Shown piece after piece: positions 1-8,190 of a DNA stretch of 64,000 nucleotides (its first letter is position 1; each line of letters begins with the position of its first letter). Origin of the DNA: Chloroflexota bacterium (GTDB lineage Bacteria > Chloroflexota > Limnocylindria > Limnocylindrales > CSP1-4); contig JAJZRG010000009.1 in NCBI GenBank assembly GCA_021802825.1, forward strand, positions 10,010-74,009. Reading direction: 5' to 3'. The position numbers and the translations under genes are program-made. Under the pieces are notes generated by a model. That model had not been told where the DNA came from and did no database searches. It saw nothing but the letters and a program-made list of their open reading frames with translations.

Positions 1-253
1 GGTGGGCCGCGACGTCGGGCAGGCCGTTCTGGAGCACGTAGAGCAGGCGCCCGCCGGCGAGCGCCGAGGCGCCGACCCAGATCGCGGCGTCCTCGACGAG
101 GCCCGTGGCGAGGTGCGCCCGGCGGGCCCCCGCGAGCGCGATCGCGACCGCGACGGCGATGGCGAGGGCGACGAACAGGCCGTACCAGCGGATCTCGACC
201 CCGCCGAGGGAGAAGGCGACGGGGTCGAGCCCGATGGGGAGGAGGAGGGGCAT
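1..253 (-). CDS. lgt: Prolipoprotein diacylglyceryl transferase (Lgt), N-terminal part only; gene runs off the left edge
   Basis: Not in ORF track (no stop in window). Reverse translation from ATG 253..251 gives MPLLLPIGLDPVAFSLGGVEIRWYGLFVALAIAV...GGRLLYVLQNGLPDVAAH. This is colinear with the complete Lgt at 60100..60915 (IDPVAFRVAGLDIRWYGL...GGRLLYMIQNGLPDLAADPAH). ATGA overlap with the upstream HMA gene stop. Confidence 0.8.
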   Translation of the reverse strand, partial: MPLLLPIGLDPVAFSLGGVEIRWYGLFVALAIAVAVAIALAGARRAHLATGLVEDAAIWVGASALAGGRLLYVLQNGLPDVAAH

Positions 254-549
254 CAGGGGCGGCCGAGGAGGCGGTCGACGAGGCCGCGGTCCGACCCCGG
301 CGGGAGCACCTCGGCCGCGTCGAGGTCCGCCTCGTAGCCGGCTGCGGCGACCGCCGCCGCGAGCGCCGCGTCGGGGACGACCGACGGCTCGCGGCGGACG
401 GTCGCGGTCTCGTGCCGCAGGTCCACGGACACCTTCGCGACCCCGGGCACCTTGCCGACCGCGCGCACGATCCGGTTGACGCAGGAGCCGCACGTCATCC
501 CGCGGACCGGGAAGCGGACGACCTCGAGCCCGCCGGGCTGCGCGGTCAC
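253..549 (-). CDS. Heavy-metal-associated (HMA) copper chaperone, CopZ-like
   Basis: C-terminal part of ORF 253..1194. GTG at 549 overlaps the CcdA-like stop (GTGA). Sequence VTAQPGGLEVVRFPVRGMTCGSCVNRIVRAVGKVPGVAKVSVDL carries the canonical GMTCxxC motif and HMA fold pattern. Confidence 0.85.
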   Translation of the reverse strand: MTAQPGGLEVVRFPVRGMTCGSCVNRIVRAVGKVPGVAKVSVDLRHETATVRREPSVVPDAALAAAVAAAGYEADLDAAEVLPPGSDRGLVDRLLGRP

Positions 550-1400
550 ATCGACACCATCAGGCCGAAGCTCATGGCGATGATCGCGAGCGCGATGCCG
601 GCCTTGACCCACGGCGAGTTCGCGCGGTTCCACCGACCGATCTGGCCCAGGACCCGCCGGTTGCTGACAGCGAGGAGCATCGCGACCAGCGGCACGATGA
701 ACGCGATGTTGTAGAGCGCGAGCAGGGCGTAGCCGGTGGCGCCGCCGCCCGATGCGTGGAGCACCGCGGTGATCTGGAGGTACATCGCACCGGAGCACGG
801 GACGGTGCAGATCCCGACCAGGACGCCCGCGATGAGCATCCCGGCGAGCCCGCCACGCTCCATCGCCTTGCGCATCCTCCCGTGCGTGCCCGACGGCGCC
901 ATCATCGAAGGGCCCACGCCCGGCAGGAACACGTCCTTGAGCATCCAGAGGGCCATGCCGAGGGCGATGACCGACGCGACGCGGGCGACGAGGTGGTCTC
1001 GGCCCATCCAGCCCAGGAAGGTCAGCAGGCCGAGGCCGATGATGAAGTACGTCACGAACACCGCGCCCACATACAGCGAGCCCGCGCCGAGCAGGCGCCG
1101 CCGGGCCTCGGCCGTCGGCGAGCCGCTCGCGGTCACCGCGTTGACGAGCGTGAGCGTGAAGGTCGCGAACAGGACGAGGAGCGCGAAGGCGCACGGGTTG
1201 AAGCCGTCGAGGAACCCGGCGGCGAGGACCGCCGGGATCGTCAGGCCGCCGAACGCGCCGGCCTCGAAGGGGACCGCGAGTACGTAGGCCGACGCCGTGA
1301 CGCCGACGACCGCGAGCATGGCGGCGAGGACGACCGCCGGCAGGGGCCAGCCCGCCACGAGGCGGTGCGAAGGGAGGGGCGCGGCGGGCTGGGCGGTCAT
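546..1400 (-). CDS. CcdA/DsbD-family transmembrane thiol-disulfide protein (copy 1)
   Basis: ORF 546..1643, internal ATG at 1400 (MTAQPAAPL), ATGA overlap with the upstream cupredoxin stop. Polytopic membrane protein with FLDGFNPCAF and GICTVPCSG motifs typical of the DsbD_2/CcdA transmembrane family. Paralog of 5374..6225. Confidence 0.8.
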   Translation of the reverse strand: MTAQPAAPLPSHRLVAGWPLPAVVLAAMLAVVGVTASAYVLAVPFEAGAFGGLTIPAVLAAGFLDGFNPCAFALLVLFATFTLTLVNAVTASGSPTAEARRRLLGAGSLYVGAVFVTYFIIGLGLLTFLGWMGRDHLVARVASVIALGMALWMLKDVFLPGVGPSMMAPSGTHGRMRKAMERGGLAGMLIAGVLVGICTVPCSGAMYLQITAVLHASGGGATGYALLALYNIAFIVPLVAMLLAVSNRRVLGQIGRWNRANSPWVKAGIALAIIAMSFGLMVSM

Positions 1401-1969
1401 CCGACTGCCGCTCCGACCGACGCGGAGGCCGGCTTGACGACGATCTTGCCGTGCATCTGGGGGGCGTCCTTGCCGCCGCAGCAGCTCTCGCACCACACGT
1501 CGTACGTTCCCGGCTTGTTCGGAACGGTCCAGGTGACCATCTTGGTGCTCTCGGCCGGCAGTTGCTCGTGAAGCCCGAGGTCGGGCGAGACCATCGTGTG
1601 CACGCCGCCCGTGAGGTGCGGTGCCGCGTCCTGGGTCCACCACTTGAAGGTGACGGTCTGGCCGGCGGTCACGTCGATCTCCGACGGCGTGAACCCGGCC
1701 ATGGAGCTCTGGACGTCGATGATGCCGCTTGCTGCGGCGTCCGACGGCCGCCGTAGGAAGTCGCCGAACGCCAAGTACGTCCCAACCGCCAGCACCGCGA
1801 CCACGATGCCGCCGAAGGCGAGCTTGCGCAGCATGTCCATTCGGGCGGCGTGCTGACGTTCGGCGACCCGCTGGCCGCGGCGCTCGACGACCGCCTGGTG
1901 CAGAGCTTCGCGCTCCTGCTCCCGCCGTTCGCGGCGGGGGGCCGGCTGCTGGTTGACGTGGTCAGTCAT
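1397..1969 (-). CDS. Membrane-anchored CuA-like cupredoxin with C-x2-CC-GG-x5-M motif (copy 1)
   Basis: ORF 1397..2173, ATG at 1969 (MTDHVNQQ). One N-terminal TM helix, then a COX2-like beta-sandwich pattern: HTMVSPDLGLHEQLPAESTKMVTWTVPNKPGTYDVWCESCCGGKDAPQMHGKIVV. Paralog of 6222..6707. Confidence 0.7.
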   Translation of the reverse strand: MTDHVNQQPAPRRERREQEREALHQAVVERRGQRVAERQHAARMDMLRKLAFGGIVVAVLAVGTYLAFGDFLRRPSDAAASGIIDVQSSMAGFTPSEIDVTAGQTVTFKWWTQDAAPHLTGGVHTMVSPDLGLHEQLPAESTKMVTWTVPNKPGTYDVWCESCCGGKDAPQMHGKIVVKPASASVGAAVG

Positions 1970-2243
1970 GGCGGGCCTCCTGGCCGTGGTGGGCATGGTG
2001 CGTGGCGCGGTGGCGCGCCGATGCGTGAGGAATGGGCGGGTCGTCGTCCAGCGCGGCCAAAGCGCGCCGGAGCTCCTCCTCGCTGATCTCGCCGCGGGCG
2101 AACCGATCGCGCACGATCTCGGCGGGATCGACGTGCGGGGCGTGTCGTGGCTCGCGGACGAGCAGCCAGACAACGAGGGTCATGACCAGCGCCCACGCGC
2201 CGATCCAAACCCAGGCGTCCGTACCCATTTGCCAGCCCGTCAT
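1962..2243 (-). CDS. SHOCT-domain small membrane protein with His-rich C-terminus
   Basis: ORF 1962..2330, ATG at 2243 (MTGWQMGTDAWVWIGAWALVMTLVVWLLV). One TM helix followed by IVRDRFARGEISEEELRRALAAL (SHOCT-like). Tail is HRATHHAHHGQEARHD. Confidence 0.65.
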   Translation of the reverse strand: MTGWQMGTDAWVWIGAWALVMTLVVWLLVREPRHAPHVDPAEIVRDRFARGEISEEELRRALAALDDDPPIPHASARHRATHHAHHGQEARHD

Positions 2244-2373
2244 GCCGAGCCTCCGTATCTCCGGTCGGTGGACCGCTGTGATCCCGAGCATTGGGCCACC
2301 GAAGCGGAAAAGCCATGGAGGGACGGGCAAGCGTTGGTCAAGAGTCGGTCAACGCGAGGCCCAGGGCAGCACT

Positions 2374-2400
2374 CTCACCCCTGTTTCACCTTGCGCTCAG
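2374..2400 (+). promoter_or_regulatory. Phased YTCA-N7 array (x3) upstream of LysM-M23 peptidase
   Basis: CTCA 2374, TTCA 2385, CTCA 2396: exact 11-bp spacing, sense to the gene starting at 2486. Confidence 0.5.
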
Positions 2401-2485
2401 GAGTCGGCACGAGGATCGACACGCCCGAGCCGCAGCGTCCGTTGACTGTGTCCGGCGGTGGGCGTCGAACACAGCGAGGTCGTAG

Positions 2486-3493
2486 ATGCGACAGGCACAC
2501 CCCGTGCGCGCCCGCGCGCGCCGACGACAACTGGCCGCGGCCGCGCTCCTCGGGGCTGTCGGGGCGATCTGGTCGCTGAGCGCGGTGGCCGGACGGGCGC
2601 CGTCATCGAGTAGCGCGCTCCCCCCGGAGGCGTTCCGACAGGTCGTCGCGGCGCCACGGATGGACGTGGAGGCAACGCCGTCGGGCCAGGATGCGCCGAC
2701 GTCGGCGGCTCCCTCGTTGGCCCTTGGTGTTCTGGGCATCCCGACCGTCCCGACAGTCGACGCCGTCCCCGTCGTCCCCACGGTCGGCTCAGCAGGCGCG
2801 ACCTCCGACCCCACTGCCATTCCGTCCGCCGCGCCGGCGCTTGGGCAGCCGACGGCGACGCCAACGCCCGTGGCCCCAGCCGACGCGCCGCCCCCGGGAC
2901 CCACGCACGTCGTACGCCCGGGCGACAGCCTGTGGACAATCGCGGTCATGCACGGCGTGCCCCTCGCCACCGTGGTCCGGTGGAACCCCGCGGTGGATCC
3001 GGCCAGCGTGAGGATCGGATCGAAGGTCCTCGTGCCGGGCGGCCGCACCGCCAAGGCCGCAACCGCCAGGCCCAAGGCAGCCCCCAAGCCCGCGCCCAAG
3101 CGGGTCCCGAAGCCAGTCGTGGTTCCGAGGGCGTCGGGCCACCAGTGGCCGCTCGCTGTCCGGGGCGAGGTCACCACGACCTTCTCGAGCCGCCATCCCG
3201 GCATCGACATCGCCTCTCCGGCCGGCACCCCCATCCGCGCGGTCGCGGCCGGCGTCGTCATCTGGGCCGGCTGGAAGGACAACGGGGGCGGCTTCGTCGT
3301 CGTCCTGCGCCACCCGAACGGCATGATCTCGACCTACAACCACAGCCGCAGGGTGCTCGTGTCCGTCGGCCAGCGCGTCGGCGGCGGCCAGGAGATCGCC
3401 GAGGTCGGCACGACCGGCAATTCGACGGGGCCGCACCTGGACGTGCGGATCGAGATGGGCGGCCGGTTCGTCAACCCCCTCCTGCTCTTCTGA
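2486..3493 (+). CDS. Secreted LysM-domain M23 family metallopeptidase
   Basis: Signal/TM segment, LysM (HVVRPGDSLWTIAVMHGVPLATVVRWNP...IGSKVLVPG). M23 motifs HPGIDIASPAGTPIRAVAAGVV and GNSTGPHLDVRI. AGGT SD upstream of ATG 2486. Confidence 0.9.
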   Translation: MRQAHPVRARARRRQLAAAALLGAVGAIWSLSAVAGRAPSSSSALPPEAFRQVVAAPRMDVEATPSGQDAPTSAAPSLALGVLGIPTVPTVDAVPVVPTVGSAGATSDPTAIPSAAPALGQPTATPTPVAPADAPPPGPTHVVRPGDSLWTIAVMHGVPLATVVRWNPAVDPASVRIGSKVLVPGGRTAKAATARPKAAPKPAPKRVPKPVVVPRASGHQWPLAVRGEVTTTFSSRHPGIDIASPAGTPIRAVAAGVVIWAGWKDNGGGFVVVLRHPNGMISTYNHSRRVLVSVGQRVGGGQEIAEVGTTGNSTGPHLDVRIEMGGRFVNPLLLF

Positions 3494-3538
3494 TCGTTAG
3501 GCCCGGTAGCTCTGCGTCCAAACCGTGGAGGGATCCCG

Positions 3539-4015
3539 ATGTCACTGGCGTCGTGGCTGCTCTGGGGGCACCTGCTAGCGACGGTCGTGCTGGTCGGCTA
3601 CTACGTGCTGCTCGCGGCCGTCGTGATCCCGGCCGTCACGCGCGCGGCCGGCGATCGCCGGGCTGTCGTCCTCCCGGTCGGCCAGCTGCTGGCGGCCATC
3701 GAGCGACGCGCGCTGCCGCTCCTGCTCGCGTCGGTCGGCGTCTTCCTCGCCACCGGCATCGGCCTCCAGACATCGGACCCGCAGTACCAGGGGCTGGGCC
3801 AGGTGCGGGGCGCCTGGGCGGGTCTGCTCCTGGTCAAGCACCTCGTGGTGGTCGGGATGCTCGCCGTCGGCTCGGTGCTCGACGGCTTCCTGGTCCGGGC
3901 GGGGCGAGAGGATTCCCCGTCAGCGCCGGGCGCAAGCCTCGTCTGGACCGTCCGCGTTCAGGCTGGGCTCGGGGTGCTCGTGCTCCTCATCACGGCGGCG
4001 GCGCAGGGCGCGTGA
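3539..4015 (+). CDS. CopD-like integral membrane protein
   Basis: 158 aa, 4 TM helices, GGAGGG SD. Pattern resembles the C-terminal copper-resistance-D (CopD) domain. Assignment by topology and context only. Confidence 0.5.
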   Translation: MSLASWLLWGHLLATVVLVGYYVLLAAVVIPAVTRAAGDRRAVVLPVGQLLAAIERRALPLLLASVGVFLATGIGLQTSDPQYQGLGQVRGAWAGLLLVKHLVVVGMLAVGSVLDGFLVRAGREDSPSAPGASLVWTVRVQAGLGVLVLLITAAAQGA

Positions 4016-5345
4016 CGCCTGGATCCGCGCGGACGAGCGGCGCCTTGCCGGCGGCCGTGCGCGGGATCGCGGGGACCTCGCTCAATGTCACGGGGGGCGC
4101 AACTGCCCCGACTGCCTCGATGGCCGAACGGATCTCCGTCACCACGGCCGCGCCGTCGAAGCCCGCGCCCGGTCCCGCCACCAGCAGCCGCAGCACGTCA
4201 CCCTCCTGGACGACCTGCCACTCACCGGCGGGCACGCGGTCGAGGGCGTCGTGGAAGACGAGCGGGTGGACGGCGACCAGCCCCCCGTTGCGCCCGGGCA
4301 GCTGAAGGATGTCCTCCTGGCGGCCCTGGATCGCGTCGAGCAGCGCATAGGGGCGGCCGCACGGGCATCGGCGGGACGCCAGCCGGACGCTGTCGCTCAT
4401 CTCATAGCGGATCAGCGGTTGGGTTCGGCTGAACAGCACCGTGACCAGGATCTTGGCCCCGAAGGTGCCGACGGAGACCGGGCGGTTCGCCTCGTCGACG
4501 ACCTCGGTGATCACGAGGTCCTCGAACAGGTGGAGGCCGTCGTGCTGCTCGCATTCGGACGCGATGCCCGCGGGCTCGGTGGCCGCGTACACGTTGAACG
4601 GCTGCCGGCCCCAGGCCTGCGCGACGATGCGGCGCGTGTCATCCGTGAGCACCTCGGACGCGGACAGCGCCGCGGTCGGCGAGATGCGCAGCCGGCCCGC
4701 CAGCTGCTCCTCGGCGAGCAGGCGGTGCATTGAGGCGTAGCCGATCAGCGACTGGGGCTGGAAGGCGTTGAGCCGCGCCACAATGTCCGCGACCGGGTCG
4801 GTGGCGTTGACCCGGAGCGTGCGCACGAGCGGGTTCGCGACGCTCGCACCGACGCGCGCCGACTGGTGCCAGGCCGTCGTCGTGCTCACGACCGCGAGCC
4901 GCATCCGGTGCGTCGGCGAGGCCGCGACGCCGGCCCACTCCTGCGCGCGGTTGTACGAGCCGACCACCGCCGCCCACTCGGCGGCGTCAGAGAGGAAGAC
5001 GCCCCGCACCCCGGTCGTGCCCGACGTCGACACGACGCGGTAGCGGCCGCGGAACCGGGCATCGTCGGCCATGGAGCGCAGATGGGCCTCCACGTCGGCA
5101 AGCCGGACCCCGCGGTCGGTGACGACCTCGTCGAAGCTGGCCGCGAGCTCGGCCTTGGTCACCGTGGGCAGCGCCTCGAGCGGCGCCTCCTCGAGCCCGG
5201 CGTGGAGCCGGCGGTAGAACGGCGACCGCGCGACGGCGAACCGGCGGAGCTCGCGCAGGGCCCGCTCGCGGTGCGCGTCCAGCTCCGTCCGGTCCCACTG
5301 GTCCCGCCGCCGCAACCCGCCGCGCGTGGCGAGGACGCGACCCAT
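3990..5345 (-). CDS. Adenylate-forming enzyme, phenylacetate-CoA ligase / F390 synthetase-like
   Basis: ORF 3990..5417, ATG 5345 (MGRVLATRGG). Has the STSGTTG P-loop-like AMP-binding motif (VVSTSGTTGVRGVF). Overall layout matches the PaaK family. Confidence 0.65.
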   Translation of the reverse strand: MGRVLATRGGLRRRDQWDRTELDAHRERALRELRRFAVARSPFYRRLHAGLEEAPLEALPTVTKAELAASFDEVVTDRGVRLADVEAHLRSMADDARFRGRYRVVSTSGTTGVRGVFLSDAAEWAAVVGSYNRAQEWAGVAASPTHRMRLAVVSTTTAWHQSARVGASVANPLVRTLRVNATDPVADIVARLNAFQPQSLIGYASMHRLLAEEQLAGRLRISPTAALSASEVLTDDTRRIVAQAWGRQPFNVYAATEPAGIASECEQHDGLHLFEDLVITEVVDEANRPVSVGTFGAKILVTVLFSRTQPLIRYEMSDSVRLASRRCPCGRPYALLDAIQGRQEDILQLPGRNGGLVAVHPLVFHDALDRVPAGEWQVVQEGDVLRLLVAGPGAGFDGAAVVTEIRSAIEAVGAVAPPVTLSEVPAIPRTAAGKAPLVRADPGVTRPAPPP

Positions 5346-5373
5346 GAGCGCCAAGTCCACGACGACCTCCGGA

Positions 5374-6225
5374 TCAGACTGTGAGGAGGATCGCAAACCC
5401 CATGACGAGGACGACACCCGCCAGCATGAGCTTCGTGCCGCCGGCGTGCGCGAGGTGCCAGCGGTTGATCGTGCGGATGACCCCCGGGCGGCTGGCCAGC
5501 ACCAGGAGCAGGACCAGCGGCGTGATGTAGGCGACGTTGTAGAGGATCAGCCCGCCGAGCCCGGCCGCCACGCTGCCGCCTGCCCCGAGGAGCGCCACGA
5601 CGCCGAGGTACACCGCGCCGCTGCACGGGACCGTGCACAGGCCGATGAGCACGCCTCCACCGAGCAGGGCGAGGGGGGAACTCGTGCGCACCCAAGAGCG
5701 CATCCTGCTGTGGAGGGCGTCCGGCGCGGCGAGCTGCAGCCGGGCGTCAGGCAGCAGGGCGTCGCGCAGCATCCAGATGCCCATCCCGATGGCGATCAGG
5801 GCGGCGATGCGGCTCGGCAGGTGGCTCGACCCGAAGTTGGTCGCCGTGACGATGGCCGAGAGCATGCCCAGACCGAGGAGGAAGTAGGTGACCAGGACGC
5901 CAGCCACGAACAGCGACCCCAGGCCGAGCACGCGCCTTGACGCCGCCGCTGTCGCCTGCCCGTTGCCCGACGCGACGGACTCGCGTGCCGCCAGGCCGAG
6001 CGCGAAGGTGGCGAACAGGATCAGGACGCCGAAGGCGCAGGGGTTGAAGCCGTCGAGGAATCCCGCGCCGAGGATGACCGGGACAGTCAAGCCCGGCAGG
6101 CCGTCATGGGCGGCCATCGAGGTCGCCGGCTGGGCCAGCGCAACCGCCGCCGCCGCCACCGCCAGCAGGACGCCAACCCCCGCGACTGCGGCGCCCCGCC
6201 GCGGGATTGCCGCGGCACGCGTCAT
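5374..6225 (-). CDS. CcdA/DsbD-family transmembrane thiol-disulfide protein (copy 2)
   Basis: ORF 5374..6993, internal ATG 6225 (MTRAAAIP), ATGA overlap with the cupredoxin stop at 6222. Same FLDGFNPCAF and GLCTVPCSG motifs and colinear with 546..1400. Confidence 0.8.
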   Translation of the reverse strand: MTRAAAIPRRGAAVAGVGVLLAVAAAAVALAQPATSMAAHDGLPGLTVPVILGAGFLDGFNPCAFGVLILFATFALGLAARESVASGNGQATAAASRRVLGLGSLFVAGVLVTYFLLGLGMLSAIVTATNFGSSHLPSRIAALIAIGMGIWMLRDALLPDARLQLAAPDALHSRMRSWVRTSSPLALLGGGVLIGLCTVPCSGAVYLGVVALLGAGGSVAAGLGGLILYNVAYITPLVLLLVLASRPGVIRTINRWHLAHAGGTKLMLAGVVLVMGFAILLTV

Positions 6226-6707
6226 GCCGTCACCGTGAGCTTGCCCTGCATCGACGGGTTCGCCCGGCCGCCGCAGCAGATGCCGCAGAACCAGGTGTAG
6301 GTGCCCGGCGTCGACGGAGCGGTGAACTCGAACTCCTTGCTGCTCTCGGGCCCGACCTTCCAGTCGATCCCGAGCTCGTCGATCGCCATCTCGTGCCAGC
6401 CGCCGCCGTCGCTGTGGAAGGACGAGTCCGTCGAGGTCAGCTCGACCGAGACTGCCGAGCCTGCCTTCACGCTCATCGCGGCCGGCTGGAACCCGCCCAT
6501 GCTGGCCTGGATCTGGACGACGCCGGCCGCTGCGGGCGCGGGGGGCGCGAGGCGCGTCGCCACCAAGGCGAGTGCGGCGAGCGAGATCACGAGCGCGACA
6601 GCACCGAAGACAACCGTGCGGAGGCCGCGGTGCTTGGGAGCCTGGCGATTTCGTGCCTTCATGGGCGGGCGGGGGCGGTCGGCGGTCGGGCGGTTGGGCT
6701 TGGTCAT
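6222..6707 (-). CDS. Membrane-anchored CuA-like cupredoxin with C-x2-CC-GG-x5-M motif (copy 2)
   Basis: 161 aa. N-terminal TM helix, then HEMAIDELGIDWKVGPESSKEFEFTAPSTPGTYTWFCGICCGGRANPSMQGKLTV. Colinear with 1397..1969. Confidence 0.7.
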   Translation of the reverse strand: MTKPNRPTADRPRPPMKARNRQAPKHRGLRTVVFGAVALVISLAALALVATRLAPPAPAAAGVVQIQASMGGFQPAAMSVKAGSAVSVELTSTDSSFHSDGGGWHEMAIDELGIDWKVGPESSKEFEFTAPSTPGTYTWFCGICCGGRANPSMQGKLTVTA

Positions 6708-7069
6708 CTTGGGGCTTCCTCGGACTGGGCGAAATGGGATGGTGTCGTGGGGTTGCGGGGCGCACGGGTCCGGTGCGAGGGACTTCGGCTCCTGCGGAGG
6801 ACCGGCCCCAGCAGCTGCCGCACATCCGGGTGGATGTTCTCCGCCAGGACCTGGCGGTCGACCTCCTGCTGGACGAGGCGGACGAGCAGGGCGTCGAGCG
6901 AACCCTGTGCCGCGAGCAGCTGCTGGACGATGGCGCTGAGCGGCTGGCCTGTGCGGACCATCTCGGCCACGCCAGCGGCCTGGCCGGCGGCACGGCTCGC
7001 GTGCGCCAGCGCCGACGACGCCGCCTCGTAGCGCCGGGGCTTGCGGGAAGGCGCGGCCGGGACGTTCAT
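6704..7069 (-). CDS. CsoR/RcnR (DUF156)-like protein lacking the canonical Cys/His metal ligands
   Basis: ORF 6704..7120, ATG 7069 (MNVPAAP); ATGA overlaps at both ends. ALAHASRAAGQAAGVAEMVRTGQPLSAIVQQLLAAQGSLDALLVRLVQQEV aligns by eye to the CsoR helix pattern (ALNRLKTVRGHLDGIVRML..YCVDVMKQISAVQSSLE). No Cys or His sits at the ligand positions. Confidence 0.5.
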   Translation of the reverse strand: MNVPAAPSRKPRRYEAASSALAHASRAAGQAAGVAEMVRTGQPLSAIVQQLLAAQGSLDALLVRLVQQEVDRQVLAENIHPDVRQLLGPVLRRSRSPSHRTRAPRNPTTPSHFAQSEEAPR

Positions 7070-8190
7070 GCGGCCGTGCCGTGCGCCTGGCGCGTCGCGA
7101 GGGCGTCGGCGTCCGCCCACGCCCGCATCTGCGCGATCACATCGTCCGCCTCCACCGCGCCGTACCTTGGGTCGCCGCGGACCAGCACGATCCCGGCGAT
7201 CTCGAGGTCGCCGGCGATGTCCGCGGCGCCGTCAGCGGCCTGAGCGATGCGAAGCGTTCTGACCGGCACCATCGCGTCACTGCACCGCGCGGCCGGCCGA
7301 GCTGCCGCCGCCCGCATCTGGCGCGGGCCAATGGCGCCGACGAAGAGTCCGGCACCATCGACGACGAGGGACGCGGCTGCCCGGGCTTCCCCGGTCAAGT
7401 CTGCGATCTGCTCGTCGGCGCGCCTCACGGCATTCACGGGGTGGGCGAGCTGTGACGCCGTGTGGCTCGCGAAGAACCGCTCGACGATGTCGATGCGTCG
7501 GACCGCCTCCGCCTGTGCCCAGACGGTCGCAGCGGCCAGGATCCCCAGTGCGGCGAGCATCGGGTCGCCGATCAGAGCCGCGCCCAGGGCGAGCAGGACG
7601 GCAAGGGCGACGGCCACCGCCTTCGCCGCCCGCGCCACGTGCGCCGCGTGGTGGTCACGGTTCGAGCACCTGGCCTCGGTGATTGCCTCGACAGCCTCCC
7701 ATCCCGCGAGTCCGGGCATTGGGACCATGGTGGCGAGCAGGAGTCCGAGGTTCGCGAGCACCGCCAGCGAGCCAATCGCGTGCTGGTAGCTCCGGATGTC
7801 GGTGCCGGAGGTCGCTGCCGCGGCCGCTGCCGCGAGCGCCCCGGATACGACGGCTCCGGACGCGACGGCAACCAGTCTCCGAGCGGGCGAGGCTCCCGAC
7901 GCCAGGAGGCCCGGCCGCAGGAACGGCGCGTCGGCGGCGACGCGCCGGCCCCCGAGGATCAGGACGCGCGTAACGCGGGGCAGGATGACCGCCATTCCCA
8001 CCACGTACAGGCCCGCGATCGCGCCGAGAAGGGCCTGTCCCGCTGACCCGCTGGGGTGGGTTGGCATATAGACGGTCGCGATCAGGACGAAGGCGATCGC
8101 TCCGGGAACCAGCAGCGAGCGCGCCTGTCCTGTTGTGGCGGCCGACGGATGTCCGGGGCCGGGGCCCGTCCCGCCGCGCACGCCATTCAC
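7066..8190 (-). CDS. M50 (site-2 protease)-like membrane protein with C-terminal CBS pair; catalytic motifs absent
   Basis: ORF extends to 8253, but GTG 8190 gives a GTGA overlap with the upstream stop, as elsewhere in this operon. Multi-TM core with ANLGLLLATMVPMPGLAGW in place of the NxxPxxPLDGG motif. No HExxH. C-terminal CBS-like repeats. Confidence 0.55.
   Translation of the reverse strand: MNGVRGGTGPGPGHPSAATTGQARSLLVPGAIAFVLIATVYMPTHPSGSAGQALLGAIAGLYVVGMAVILPRVTRVLILGGRRVAADAPFLRPGLLASGASPARRLVAVASGAVVSGALAAAAAAATSGTDIRSYQHAIGSLAVLANLGLLLATMVPMPGLAGWEAVEAITEARCSNRDHHAAHVARAAKAVAVALAVLLALGAALIGDPMLAALGILAAATVWAQAEAVRRIDIVERFFASHTASQLAHPVNAVRRADEQIADLTGEARAAASLVVDGAGLFVGAIGPRQMRAAAARPAARCSDAMVPVRTLRIAQAADGAADIAGDLEIAGIVLVRGDPRYGAVEADDVIAQMRAWADADALATRQAHGTAA

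Noticed and set aside
2338-2352. TCAA-N7-TCAA direct repeat just upstream of the 2374 array.
   Set aside because: Its core differs and it is out of phase with the adjacent CTCA array (offset 26 nt between TCA cores). It was not counted as part of the motif.
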